Shown one piece after another: positions 1-9,878 of a stretch of DNA of 39,258 nucleotides. The notes below the pieces were generated by a model, which searched no databases, was not told the origin of the DNA, and saw only the letters and a list, made by a program, of their open reading frames with translations. This DNA is from a virus. The stretch lies in UHGV virus genome UHGV-0204067; one strand, written 5' to 3'. Position 1 is the first letter of the stretch; each line of letters begins with the position of its first letter. Made by a program: the position numbers and the translations under genes.

Positions 1-2760
1 ATGATGCCTACAGTACCGGTATATCAGCGCCAATCGCAATCACAAGCGGCGCCGGTTAATACGCAGGATTTGCGTATCCCCAAAGACAACGCTTTCACTG
101 CGCTGGCAGACGTTGGTTCTAATGCGTTGGGAATTTATCAGCAGCAGCGGGAACGCGAAGATCTGGCTTTCGCTCAAAACGCCCTGATGCAATTCAACCA
201 GCAAGCCGATGACCTGATGAATAACCCTCAAACTGGGTTACTGACCAAACAGGGCGCCAACGCCATTGGGCAGAGCGAACAGGTAGCAAGCCAGTTAAGC
301 CAAATGGCCAGCACGGCTTTTGACTCCATTCCTGATGGTCCGGTGAAAGAGCGTTTTCGTAATCAATTTTCCGCCGCCGGTCAGCCGATTGCCAATCGTG
401 CGCGCCAGTACGAGATCGGCCAGCGCCAGCAATTCGAAGCAGGTCAGCAGCAAGGACTTTTGGCAAACCTGCAGCAGCAGGCTGAAAACAGCTTCGACAG
501 CAACGAAGGATTCGTAAATGCAAACCTGCTTGCCAGAGAGCAGATCATGGCATACGGCCAGGCACACGGACAAAGCCCGGAAGAGATTGAAGCCAATTGG
601 GTAAGCTTCCGGGAAAACTCGGCCAAGGCCGCTTTGAATGCTCAGCTTACTGCTGGCCGCTATGATCAGTTCCTGGCGAGAAATGGCGAGCCGTCAGACG
701 TGGGCGGCGTATCTCGATTCACTGCGCATGGTAATTCATCTGCTGCGCGAGGTCTGCGAAATAACAACCCTGGCAACATTGAGGCCAGTGATAAAAACCC
801 ATGGGAAGGGCAGACAGGCAGCGATGGTCGCTTTGCTAAGTTTGAGACGCCGGAGCATGGGATTAGAGCGCTGGGTAAGAACCTGCTCGCGTATCAGGCT
901 AAAGGGTTCGATACCGTAGCAGAGATCGTTAACCGTTGGGCGCCGGCATCAGATGGAAATAACACAGATGCTTACATCAAGGCGCTGTGCGGCGCGTTGG
1001 GTGTTGGCGCCAATGATCAGGTTGATATGAGCAACCCACGAACCCTGGCAGCGTTGTGTGCCGGCATTGTGAAGCATGAGAATGGCAGCCAGCCATACAC
1101 CGATGAGCAGATCGGCGCTGGCGTCAGCGCAGCTCTCGGCCTTTCTGCCTTGGAATCCTCAAAGCGTAGAACCGGCAATGCCGCTTTTGATGCCGCAAGC
1201 CCTGCAACTCAAGGCGCCTATTTGCGACAGGCGCAGGCCATGCAGAATGAGCAGCGAGCATTATACGCACAGCAGCTTGGCACATCGCTGAAAGATGCGT
1301 ATTCAGCTCTTGATGAAGGACTACAGCCGGCACAGCTTCCCACGCAAGCAGATCTGATAAATGCCTATGGCCCAGCAAAAGGCATGTGGCAATGGCAAGA
1401 CCTTCAAGATCAGCAAAGTTATGGTGGCGTTATTGGAGCAGCAAAAAGCATGTCGCCGGCAGCGCGGCAGGACCTGCTTGAGCGCTTGCGGCCAACGGAT
1501 CCGAATGCATCGAATTTTGCAGCCAATCAGCAGCGCTGGGACAAAATGCAGGCGAAATTTAAGCAGCTCGATGCCGAATGGGAGAAGAGCCAGGGGAGTG
1601 CGCGATTCTCTTCATCCTTGCAAAATAATTTCCCCTTGGACCCGAACGACAAAAACAATCAGGCGGCAGCTGATCACTACTTCGATCAGAAGGTTGCCCC
1701 AGGTTTCAATATCAACAACGCGGACAGCTTGAGCCAGGTTGCAGAGATAACGACTAAATCCGGCATGCTGCCGACGCAGATCAAGACGATGCTCACCGCT
1801 GGGGCAACATCGCGCGATCCTGCCGTCGTTGTTCCTATGGCCAAAATGTACGGACAGATTTTTGACAACAATCCGGCGGCGGCCACAGGTGTTGATAAAG
1901 GCGCGATGGCGTTTTACTCGAAAGTTTATGCCTATGACCGTGCCGGCGTGCCTGCAGAGAAAGCGGTCGATATGGCCTACAACCAGGTCTATCAGCAGGA
2001 CGATCGCTTGAAGCAGATGATTAGCCAACAGGTAAGGGATAAAGACTACATCAAGGCTAGAGCCACCGCAGCACAGGATAATATCAATAGCCTTTCGCCG
2101 TCGTGGACCAGCTTCGGGGCACCAAGCATTAGCGCCGCAGGGCAGGCTAATCAGTTGTACCAACGCGATTACCAGACCATTTACGATGCGAACTTTGCAC
2201 AGACCGGCGGCGATGCTGATCAGGCCAAGGCAATGACTAACGCCATGATTAAAAAGGTGTGGGCGGTATCGACCATCAACGGTAAAGAAGAGGTGATGAA
2301 GTATGCCCCCGAAGCCGTTTATGGCGTGACTAACGGTTCAGGTAACTGGATCAAAGGCCAGTGGGAGGAAGAGAAAAAAGCTTTGAAAAGTTCCGCGTTT
2401 GGCGGCACGCGAGATGATACCGATTTGGTTTTGGTTCCCGATGCTGTTACGCCACGCGATCAGAGTTACAGCGTTATGGTGCGCCAGAAGAACGCAGAAG
2501 GCTATGACGATGTTCGCCCGTATTACGGCGAAAATGGTATGCCGTTGCGATTCAGGCCTGAGCAAAAAACCTCTCCGATGTACAAGCAAACCATGGACAT
2601 CCAACAACAGAGAGTTGATGCTGCGCGCGCTGCTCGTCAGGAAGAAAAACAGCCGGCATTCACAAACCAGCAAGGATATACACCGCCTGATTTTACTAAA
2701 CCATTTGGCGCCGGCATTGCCAACCAACTGCCGAGCAACATCACCGCAGGAGGTCAGTAA
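1..2760 (+). CDS. Internal virion (ejection/DNA transfer) protein with lysozyme-like muralytic domain
   Basis: 919 aa, Gln/Ala-rich helical. RGLRNNNPGNI...FAKFETPEHGIRAL...RWAP..DGNNT..Y...HENG motif at about nt 748-1090. Follows the small ejection protein across the circular junction. Confidence 0.8.
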   Translation: MMPTVPVYQRQSQSQAAPVNTQDLRIPKDNAFTALADVGSNALGIYQQQREREDLAFAQNALMQFNQQADDLMNNPQTGLLTKQGANAIGQSEQVASQLSQMASTAFDSIPDGPVKERFRNQFSAAGQPIANRARQYEIGQRQQFEAGQQQGLLANLQQQAENSFDSNEGFVNANLLAREQIMAYGQAHGQSPEEIEANWVSFRENSAKAALNAQLTAGRYDQFLARNGEPSDVGGVSRFTAHGNSSAARGLRNNNPGNIEASDKNPWEGQTGSDGRFAKFETPEHGIRALGKNLLAYQAKGFDTVAEIVNRWAPASDGNNTDAYIKALCGALGVGANDQVDMSNPRTLAALCAGIVKHENGSQPYTDEQIGAGVSAALGLSALESSKRRTGNAAFDAASPATQGAYLRQAQAMQNEQRALYAQQLGTSLKDAYSALDEGLQPAQLPTQADLINAYGPAKGMWQWQDLQDQQSYGGVIGAAKSMSPAARQDLLERLRPTDPNASNFAANQQRWDKMQAKFKQLDAEWEKSQGSARFSSSLQNNFPLDPNDKNNQAAADHYFDQKVAPGFNINNADSLSQVAEITTKSGMLPTQIKTMLTAGATSRDPAVVVPMAKMYGQIFDNNPAAATGVDKGAMAFYSKVYAYDRAGVPAEKAVDMAYNQVYQQDDRLKQMISQQVRDKDYIKARATAAQDNINSLSPSWTSFGAPSISAAGQANQLYQRDYQTIYDANFAQTGGDADQAKAMTNAMIKKVWAVSTINGKEEVMKYAPEAVYGVTNGSGNWIKGQWEEEKKALKSSAFGGTRDDTDLVLVPDAVTPRDQSYSVMVRQKNAEGYDDVRPYYGENGMPLRFRPEQKTSPMYKQTMDIQQQRVDAARAARQEEKQPAFTNQQGYTPPDFTKPFGAGIANQLPSNITAGGQ

Positions 2761-5700
2761 TGCCAACGTATGAGATGAAGCCTGATGATCTGCTGTCTGC
2801 TGATGTACAGAGCATACCTCAGCCGGATGATAGTTCTGCATATATGGAAACGCCGTCATTGCTTTCTGCGTTGAATCCATTCACCGATAATCAGCAGGTT
2901 CAGCGCGGTCGTGACGCGGCTTTCCGAATTGATAACTCCCTGGGAAGTTTCATAGCCACTGCGCCATTCAGCCAGTTTGACAAGGTTGATGGGTATAACC
3001 CTTTCGACAATGATGCGGCCGATATTAAAGGATATGAGGATTACGCAGACTCATTCATTGATTCCGGCTCTCCTGACGAGACGCGCGCTATAAAGCAGCG
3101 TATCGATCAGCAGATGCAGGACAGGCAATACCTTTCAGAAACAGGCGGGGCCGGGACAATATCAAGCTTGGCGATGGGGCTTATCGATCCTATCAACCTG
3201 GCGTCGATGTTTGTTCCAGCCGGCGCGGTGGTGCGCGGCGGTGAGGTTGCGGCTACTGCAGGTAGGTTTGCCCTTGCCAATGCTGTCGGCGGTATCGCGT
3301 CCGAGGCAGCGCTTAGCGCCACCCAGGAAACTCGGACATTGGATGAGAGCGCGGCTAACGTTGCCGTTGACGCTATGGTTGGCGGAATACTCGGGGCTGG
3401 AGCGCAGTTGCTTGCCGGTGCCGGTCAGCGTACCGCAGTATCTCAAGCGGTCGCCAGTAACCTACGAGGCAATGATTCGCCGCAGAGCATCGGCGCTGCG
3501 CAGGTCTTCAACACAACGCTGGATCAGGAACAACTGGCCGGAGTTGGGTTAATCAACAAAACGCTGAGCGTTAATCCTGGCGGCCGCCTAGCTCAATCGC
3601 CATCCCGTGCGTCGCGGGCAATCAATCAGCAACTGGCAGAGAACAACTATTTCTTTGCGAAGAACGATGAAGGGTTGGCAACGTTCACCGCGGCTGAAAC
3701 CAAGATCAAGCAATATGATGCCATGCTGTACAAGCAGATGGAGTCAACGAAGGACGCTTATCAGGCGTACAGCAAAAACATCCGTGCAGCCGGCGGCAAG
3801 CGAATGAACTTTGTTGATTTCAACGAGGCCGTTGGTATGGCTATGCGTCGCGGTGATCAGAGTGATATACCCGAAGTGGCACAGGCTGCCGCTCAGATTC
3901 GGCCAATGTTCGAAGCAACAAAAGTCCGCATGCAGGAACTTGGCATTTTGCCAGAGGATGTAGACGTTTCAACGGCACAAAGCTACCTGCCTCGCATTTA
4001 TAAGTTCGACAAAATTCTCTCTGATCGCACTGAGTTCCGAGGGCGCATTGCTAACTGGATTCAGGGCATCAGCGCAAAAGGTGCGGATGCTGCCGGCGCT
4101 CGCATTGAGAAGATTGATTCAGGTCTTTCTGCAGCAGCAGAAGCCGAGCCGCGCGCAAAAGCATTAGCTGACGAAATTGCCGCAGCAGAGTCGTGGTCTG
4201 GCCGTAAAACTGAACTCATGGACGAGGTTGGCAACAGGACGAAACTGATCGGCCAGGAGCAGGACTTAACAGCCAGGCTGGAGAAGCAACAGGCGCAACT
4301 GGCCACAGCAAAAAATCAGAAGCTGATCACCCGTCTTAACAAAGAGGTTTCTGACTTGCGCACCAAGCTGGATGACGTTGCCAGGGCAAAGGAGGAGCTT
4401 CCAACCCTGCAGCGCCACCTTGAACTGCTTGATAACCCACGCAAGCATCGCTCAGAGCTGCGCAAGCTGCAGAAGAAGGCCAACTCCACGACCAGACTGA
4501 ATGCAAGCCGTGAGCGCGCGCTGAAGGCGATGGAACCACTTTCACGAGAGGAAGCCGAGGATGCCGCAGATGAGATCGTCAACAAGATTATTGGCGCTCC
4601 TTCTGGCCTGGTTCCTGCTCAGCTGCTGCCTGAAAAAATAATCGGCCGCGCTGGCTTCACGAAGAGCCGAAGCCTGCTTATCCCAGACGAACGGATTGAA
4701 GACTTTTTGGAGTCTGATATCAACCACGTCATGGAAAGCTATCTGCGCCAGGTAGGTCCGGAGATCGAACTAACCGCGCAATTCGGCAGCAAGGATATGG
4801 GCGAACAGATCAGACAGGTATCTGAGGAATACACCAAGCTAATCAAAGATGCCAAGACGCCGAAGGAACGCGCGAAGCTGGAGAAGCAACGTGAAGCTGA
4901 CCTTCGCGACATTGAGGCAATGCGAGACAGGTTGATCGGTACGTATGGCGCGCCAAAGGATCCACGAAGCTTCTTTGTCCGCGCAGGCCGCGTCGCGCGA
5001 AATGTCAACTTTCTGCGCCTGCTGGGGGGCATGACAATATCGGCCGCAACCGATTTGATGCGTCCCGTAATGCAGCACGGTTTAAGCAAATCACTTCGCC
5101 CAATGGGCGCCATGCTCCGAAACATGGCCGCGGTGAAAGTGGCAACCAAAGACCTGCGTGAAATGGCTGTCGGCCTGGATTATGTGTTGTCTACCCGAAC
5201 GAAGGCTATTGCTGATCTCACTGACCCATACAGCCGGCGCTCTGCTTTTGAGCGTGGACTTAACTGGGGTACGCAGAAGTTTGGTAACTGGACGCTGATG
5301 AACCAGTGGAACAGCGCCCTGAAGTCATGGTCTGGCCTGATCGTTCAATCCCGTATCCTGGACAATGCACAACTGCTGGCAGCAGGGAAGGAAGTGCCTA
5401 AGAAAGAGGTCAGAAAGCTGGCGCAAATCGGTATCGACCAGAGCATGCTGCGCCGTATTGGTGAGCAATTCGCGAAGCATGGTGAGGATATGGACGGGCT
5501 TCTGACTGGCCATAGCCATCTGTGGGACGATCGCGCAGTGCGTGAAGCATTCCAGTCTGCCGTATTGAAAGATGTTGACTCTACCGTTGTCACGCCCGGC
5601 GTTGGCGATACGCCGTTGATGATGAGCAATGAAGTAGGCAAGATGATCCTGCAGTTCAAGACGTTCATCTTTGCTCAGCATAACCGCGTGATCGCCTCTG

Positions 5701-6149
5701 GCATCCAGCAGGGTGATGCATCGTTCTACCTTGGGGCCATGGGGACTATCGCGCTCGGCGCAATGGTTTACGTTATGAAGCAAAAGCTCAGCGGCCGTGA
5801 TATCGACTACAGCCCTAACAACCTGGTGAAAGAGGGCATCGACCGCGCCGGCATGATCGGCTGGTTGTCGGAGCCACTGAACGCCGTGGAGAATATCAGT
5901 GGCGGCCGGTTCGGCCTTGGTGCAATGTTTGGCGCGCCGCCGGTGTCCCGCTTCCAGAGCCGTAACGCAATCGGAGCCCTGCTGGGGCCAACTTTCGACA
6001 TGGCCGGTGATGGGGCAGTGATCGCCAATGGTGTGCTTAACGGAGAATTTGACGACAAGCAGACACATGCGGTCAGGAAGTTGCTACCATATCAGAACCT
6101 GTTTTACATATCCCCGCTTTTGAACCGGGTAGAAGAGCAACTTAAGTAG
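2760..6149 (+). CDS. Large internal virion/ejection protein
   Basis: 1129 aa, TAATG-coupled to the previous gene. Gly/Ala hydrophobic segments, YLPRIY motif and a central coiled coil; last gene of the virion operon. Confidence 0.75.
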   Translation: MPTYEMKPDDLLSADVQSIPQPDDSSAYMETPSLLSALNPFTDNQQVQRGRDAAFRIDNSLGSFIATAPFSQFDKVDGYNPFDNDAADIKGYEDYADSFIDSGSPDETRAIKQRIDQQMQDRQYLSETGGAGTISSLAMGLIDPINLASMFVPAGAVVRGGEVAATAGRFALANAVGGIASEAALSATQETRTLDESAANVAVDAMVGGILGAGAQLLAGAGQRTAVSQAVASNLRGNDSPQSIGAAQVFNTTLDQEQLAGVGLINKTLSVNPGGRLAQSPSRASRAINQQLAENNYFFAKNDEGLATFTAAETKIKQYDAMLYKQMESTKDAYQAYSKNIRAAGGKRMNFVDFNEAVGMAMRRGDQSDIPEVAQAAAQIRPMFEATKVRMQELGILPEDVDVSTAQSYLPRIYKFDKILSDRTEFRGRIANWIQGISAKGADAAGARIEKIDSGLSAAAEAEPRAKALADEIAAAESWSGRKTELMDEVGNRTKLIGQEQDLTARLEKQQAQLATAKNQKLITRLNKEVSDLRTKLDDVARAKEELPTLQRHLELLDNPRKHRSELRKLQKKANSTTRLNASRERALKAMEPLSREEAEDAADEIVNKIIGAPSGLVPAQLLPEKIIGRAGFTKSRSLLIPDERIEDFLESDINHVMESYLRQVGPEIELTAQFGSKDMGEQIRQVSEEYTKLIKDAKTPKERAKLEKQREADLRDIEAMRDRLIGTYGAPKDPRSFFVRAGRVARNVNFLRLLGGMTISAATDLMRPVMQHGLSKSLRPMGAMLRNMAAVKVATKDLREMAVGLDYVLSTRTKAIADLTDPYSRRSAFERGLNWGTQKFGNWTLMNQWNSALKSWSGLIVQSRILDNAQLLAAGKEVPKKEVRKLAQIGIDQSMLRRIGEQFAKHGEDMDGLLTGHSHLWDDRAVREAFQSAVLKDVDSTVVTPGVGDTPLMMSNEVGKMILQFKTFIFAQHNRVIASGIQQGDASFYLGAMGTIALGAMVYVMKQKLSGRDIDYSPNNLVKEGIDRAGMIGWLSEPLNAVENISGGRFGLGAMFGAPPVSRFQSRNAIGALLGPTFDMAGDGAVIANGVLNGEFDDKQTHAVRKLLPYQNLFYISPLLNRVEEQLK

Positions 6150-6155
6150 GCGCAT

Positions 6156-6455
6156 ATGGATATAGAACAAGCAAAATTATTTAACTCGGAATTAAATCGA
6201 GTTGAAGCATCTGCAAGAAATGGACGGTCAATAACAATTTTAGTTTCCGCAGGGCTTGTTGCTTACATGGCTTTTGTTGGTTTCTTTATTGATTTTGAAA
6301 CTGTTTTTATAATCTTTGCGTTGCTTGGTTGTGTGGTGAATTGGCTATTAAATGCAAGAAAAGCAGCCAAGTACAAAGAAAGCTTGAACTCATACTGCTG
6401 GTCAAAATTCGGAAAGAGTTATGACGATGCTAAGTATAATGAACTATCCGAATAG
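6156..6455 (+). CDS. Small AT-rich two-TM membrane protein, unknown function
   Basis: 99 aa, hydrophobic stretches ITILVSAGLVAYMAFVGFFI and VFIIFALLGCVVNWLL; visibly AT-richer than flanking genes. Confidence 0.7.
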   Translation: MDIEQAKLFNSELNRVEASARNGRSITILVSAGLVAYMAFVGFFIDFETVFIIFALLGCVVNWLLNARKAAKYKESLNSYCWSKFGKSYDDAKYNELSE

Positions 6456-6541
6456 CTAACCCACCAATCCCGCCTATAAGAATCTAACAAAAAGCACTAA
6501 TTGCGGGATTTTTATCTTTTAACAATTCTCATTGTACAGCA

Positions 6542-6558
6542 GCCGGGCTATGCCCGGC
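6542..6558. terminator. GC hairpin between convergent genes (probable ant terminator)
   Basis: GCCGGG-CTATG-CCCGGC 20 nt past the ant stop; no strong U tract. Confidence 0.4.
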
Positions 6559-6577
6559 GAGGTATTGACGATGGTAA

Positions 6578-6826
6578 CTATTGTTCCAATTGGTGAGTAA
6601 TAAATTGCGAATGTGTTTTGATTTGTTCCTTCATTTTTTCATTTTGTGTGACATAGTTCACTAAAGCATTCAGTTCCAGCATAGCACCGCCGATCTCTGA
6701 GCCGTCCTCATCGAGTTCCTTCAGCAGTGTTTCCAGTAGTGAAGCCTTAGCTAATCCCGCGATCCCTTCGCGCGTGTTAACGCTTTTCTCCAGCATCCTG
6801 CTGGCCGGATAGCTGTACCTCTTCAT
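6578..6826 (-). CDS. ant: Antirepressor, SPC32H Ant-like
   Basis: 82 aa, LLKELDEDG...ELNALVNYVT resembles SPC32H Ant as I recall it (LLRELDKDG...LVALVNYVT). Same position, divergent from the tailspike, with an SOS-box-like site upstream. Confidence 0.8.
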   Translation of the reverse strand: MKRYSYPASRMLEKSVNTREGIAGLAKASLLETLLKELDEDGSEIGGAMLELNALVNYVTQNEKMKEQIKTHSQFITHQLEQ

Positions 6827-6855
6827 TTCCTAATGCACCTCGCTCAGCGTGTGAC

Positions 6856-6875
6856 TACTGTATAAATAACCATAT
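6856..6875. promoter_or_regulatory. Degenerate LexA (SOS) box upstream of ant
   Basis: TACTG-TATAAATAAC-CATAT: CTG at 6858-6860, AT-rich N10, CAT instead of CAG at 6871-6873. Confidence 0.75.
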
Positions 6876-6910
6876 ATAAAAATGATTAGTTTAGCAATAT
6901 GCGCAAGATA

Positions 6911-6927
6911 ATTACCTTAATGGTAAT
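6911..6927. promoter_or_regulatory. Repressor operator upstream of tailspike
   Basis: ATTACC-TTAAT-GGTAAT palindrome recurring across the genome. Confidence 0.8.
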
Positions 6928-7012
6928 AAGAATTATGTTATCACATAATTCAATTCATATAGGGTTTGATGGTGGCTAAAATGAGCAAAAAGCACACCAT
7001 CGGAGCTAAAAA

Positions 7013-9613
7013 ATGACCGTATCAACTGAAGTCGATCGAGAGGAGTACACCGGCAATGGTGTGACAACGGACTTTGATTACAGATTTCGCGTGTTCACTG
7101 AGGTTCAGCTTTCTGTGTCAGTTGTTGATTTGTCAGAGAATATCATCAACCTAACCCTGAATACTGACTACTCTGTCACCGGCGCGGGCTTGCGGTCGGG
7201 TGGCAAAGTGAAGCTGGTAAGCCCGCTCGCTGCAGGGTGGAAAATCAATATCGAGCGTGATTTACCACTTACTCAGGAAACGGACGTGCGCAACCAGGGA
7301 AACTTCTTCCCGGAAGTGCATGAGGACGCCTGGGATAAGCTGACGATGCTGATCCAGCAAACCTGGTCATTTGCCTCATTGGCGCTGCGAAAGCCTAACT
7401 GGTTGGCGAAGTTCTACGACGCCCAAGGCAACCGCATTTCTAACCTTGGCGATCCTGTGGCTAACCAGGACGCCGCCACAAAGCGTTATGTTGATTCCGA
7501 AATCGCAGACGCGGAAGCCGGCGCGGCTGATGCCTTGGCGCGCGAGCGTGCAGAACGCATCGCATCCGATATCGACATCCGTACTGAAACCGGTGTCGCT
7601 TTGGGGAAAACTGTCAGGTTCCCGTACGCGCAGCCAATCCTGACCGGAGATACGGCAAACAAGGTTTTCGTTACTGACTCGCAGGGGTTGGTAAAGCTTG
7701 TCAATCTTGACGACACAACGCGCACCGACCTGGCAGCCGATCTTGCTTCTCGCGGCAATCCAGGCGGGGCCGGTTTGATAGGTCACAAGGGCACAACGCT
7801 TGCCGAGATCCTCAATCTGATTTCTTCGGTTACCGCTGAGCCTATCACTGACGCGGGGATGTACTGCGCCTGGCCGCAAGGGAAGGTATTCAGCCACAAA
7901 AACAAGGCGTACTGCCTCTATAACGTCGGTGATACCCACAGTAACGCCTCTCTTAGCGTCTATCAGCAGTTTACAGAGGATGGTTCTGAGTGGTCGCGTC
8001 CGGCGCCGAGGCTCTCGAACTCTGACGCAACAACCTGGCCGCAAGGTGTATCGGCATGGGGTGCCGGATCTGACGGCGCAAATATTTGGATGGCCGCACG
8101 CTTCCGTCGCGTTTCAGACGAATCACAAAGCAAGTGCGTTCTCTACAAAAGCACCAATGATGGCTCGACCTATACGCCGGTTCTTGATCCGGTCCCATTG
8201 TATGACTCCACCGGCAAAGCTCCTGTTCTCATGCATTCATTTGCCGTGCTTCCCAACGGCAACATTGCTTTCGGGTATCACTTCTACGACGGTGAAGTGG
8301 GGATCGTTCAGTTCAACCCAAATAACCTGGCATCAATGACGAAGTCGGTCATTTTCACGGCTGCTGAAATGAACAACACGCCAATGCTTGTTGAGCCTAC
8401 TATGCAGGTTTACGGTTCGCGAGTTGTTGGGTTTCTTCGTACCCAAAGCAATGCAACGCGCTCGGCCGTCATGTGGTACAGCGATGACAGTTGCCAGACG
8501 TTTCAGATACGTGAGATCGACGGCGTGCCAAACCAATCGCCGGTTTCGATCACGTCATATAACGGCAAGACCTATGTTTTTTACTGCGGCAGATATCGGG
8601 ACGGCAATACAAACAGCGCGAGAACAAACAGCCCCGTGTTAACCATGCGCGTTGGCAACGATGATGACGCACTAAATCTACTCTGGGAAAACTTCGTCGA
8701 AATCCCCATCGCAGCAGTGCCAAGCATTTACAACGATGTTGGAGCATCAGCCACTGGTGTTCAGGATGTTTGCGTGCGCGGCACAAAGCTGGTTGTTTGC
8801 CTCTCGATGAACGTTGGTAGCAATGTTGACCAGTCTGACGTTTGTTCTGTGACTATCGATCTCGGAGAGCCTAGACAGAACAAGTTTTTCCTCAGCGAGG
8901 GCGCATTTAAAAAGCCTCGCGCAACTGACTACCCATCTAACTATCGCTTCGGCAGCGTAAATATTGTCGGCCTGGGTAATACCTCCGCGACGCTGCGCAT
9001 GAATGGACAGGTCATTGTTCAAGACTTAACGGATGCCGTGAGATTTGGCTCAACTGTTGCCGGCGGCAGTAAATCCCATGTCTGGAATAACGGCCCCGCA
9101 CCGGCATATATCGACGTTGCGGCAAGCAGCACTAACGTGAGTATTTCTGCCTATTCGGGATATGCGCGGCTTCGTGCCGGCCGTGGTCCGGAAGGTTACG
9201 CTTCTATTGAGCTCAACCGAGATACGAAAGCGGTCACAATCAGCAACCCCAATAACGTCGGCGGTTTCGGTTTGACTACCGAGGGGTACATCGCGCTTTC
9301 ATGCAACTGGCAGCATCCGATGGTACTGGACGGCGGTTCCGGCGGGAAAATTTATCTCTGGGTTTCCGGCACAAACAACATCATGAAGCACAGCATGACG
9401 CCACCGACGTCGGATAACGACGGTGAGTTTTTGGTGCCGAACAAAACAACCACTGTTGCGGGGTTGGGAACGGGGACGGACACCGCGCGCTATGCCTACG
9501 CAACGAACGGGCGTAAGGCAGGGGAAGGCGCAGGGGCGGGAACCGGTACGCCGGTGTATTGGGATGGTTCAGTGTGGCGCGTATATCGCGATGACTCGAT
9601 CGTAGCGGCTTAA
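7013..9613 (+). CDS. Tailspike/receptor-binding protein with endosialidase-like beta-propeller
   Basis: N-terminal [21 protein letters not shown] virion-attachment domain of the epsilon15/phiV10 type. Asp-box-like motifs ([24 protein letters not shown]) and AWPQ.K.F, HSFA....GYH, EP, LRT motifs as in K1 endosialidases. Confidence 0.85.
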   Translation: MTVSTEVDREEYTGNGVTTDFDYRFRVFTEVQLSVSVVDLSENIINLTLNTDYSVTGAGLRSGGKVKLVSPLAAGWKINIERDLPLTQETDVRNQGNFFPEVHEDAWDKLTMLIQQTWSFASLALRKPNWLAKFYDAQGNRISNLGDPVANQDAATKRYVDSEIADAEAGAADALARERAERIASDIDIRTETGVALGKTVRFPYAQPILTGDTANKVFVTDSQGLVKLVNLDDTTRTDLAADLASRGNPGGAGLIGHKGTTLAEILNLISSVTAEPITDAGMYCAWPQGKVFSHKNKAYCLYNVGDTHSNASLSVYQQFTEDGSEWSRPAPRLSNSDATTWPQGVSAWGAGSDGANIWMAARFRRVSDESQSKCVLYKSTNDGSTYTPVLDPVPLYDSTGKAPVLMHSFAVLPNGNIAFGYHFYDGEVGIVQFNPNNLASMTKSVIFTAAEMNNTPMLVEPTMQVYGSRVVGFLRTQSNATRSAVMWYSDDSCQTFQIREIDGVPNQSPVSITSYNGKTYVFYCGRYRDGNTNSARTNSPVLTMRVGNDDDALNLLWENFVEIPIAAVPSIYNDVGASATGVQDVCVRGTKLVVCLSMNVGSNVDQSDVCSVTIDLGEPRQNKFFLSEGAFKKPRATDYPSNYRFGSVNIVGLGNTSATLRMNGQVIVQDLTDAVRFGSTVAGGSKSHVWNNGPAPAYIDVAASSTNVSISAYSGYARLRAGRGPEGYASIELNRDTKAVTISNPNNVGGFGLTTEGYIALSCNWQHPMVLDGGSGGKIYLWVSGTNNIMKHSMTPPTSDNDGEFLVPNKTTTVAGLGTGTDTARYAYATNGRKAGEGAGAGTGTPVYWDGSVWRVYRDDSIVAA

Positions 9614-9644
9614 TCAACGCCGCCGGCTGCGGCGGAGGTGGAGC

Positions 9645-9878
9645 ATGAAAATGGATAAGTTAACGACAGGTCTTTCTTATGGCGCCTCCGGTGGTGGCGC
9701 CGCATTCTGGTTTACTCGGCTGCTGGATGGCTATTCACCTGAGCAGTGGGCAGCAATAGGCGTTCTTGGCGGTCTGTTTTTCGCCTTTCTCACCTGGCTG
9801 ATGAACCTTTATTTCAAGATTCGCGAGGATCGCCGCCGCGAAAGAATGGGGAGGGTGGCCGATGAGCAAGCTGAATAA
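9645..9878 (+). CDS. Holin (HP1-like) with Met-Lys-Met dual start
   Basis: 77 aa, [28 protein letters not shown] signature, basic C-terminus, overlaps the endolysin gene. Confidence 0.85.
   Translation: MKMDKLTTGLSYGASGGGAAFWFTRLLDGYSPEQWAAIGVLGGLFFAFLTWLMNLYFKIREDRRRERMGRVADEQAE

Noticed and set aside
6940..6975. Shared late-promoter motif with 29757-29790 (ATAATT...CAT..GGTTT.AT.GG)
   Set aside because: Similarity is weak and in AT-rich DNA; it cannot be distinguished from chance by eye.
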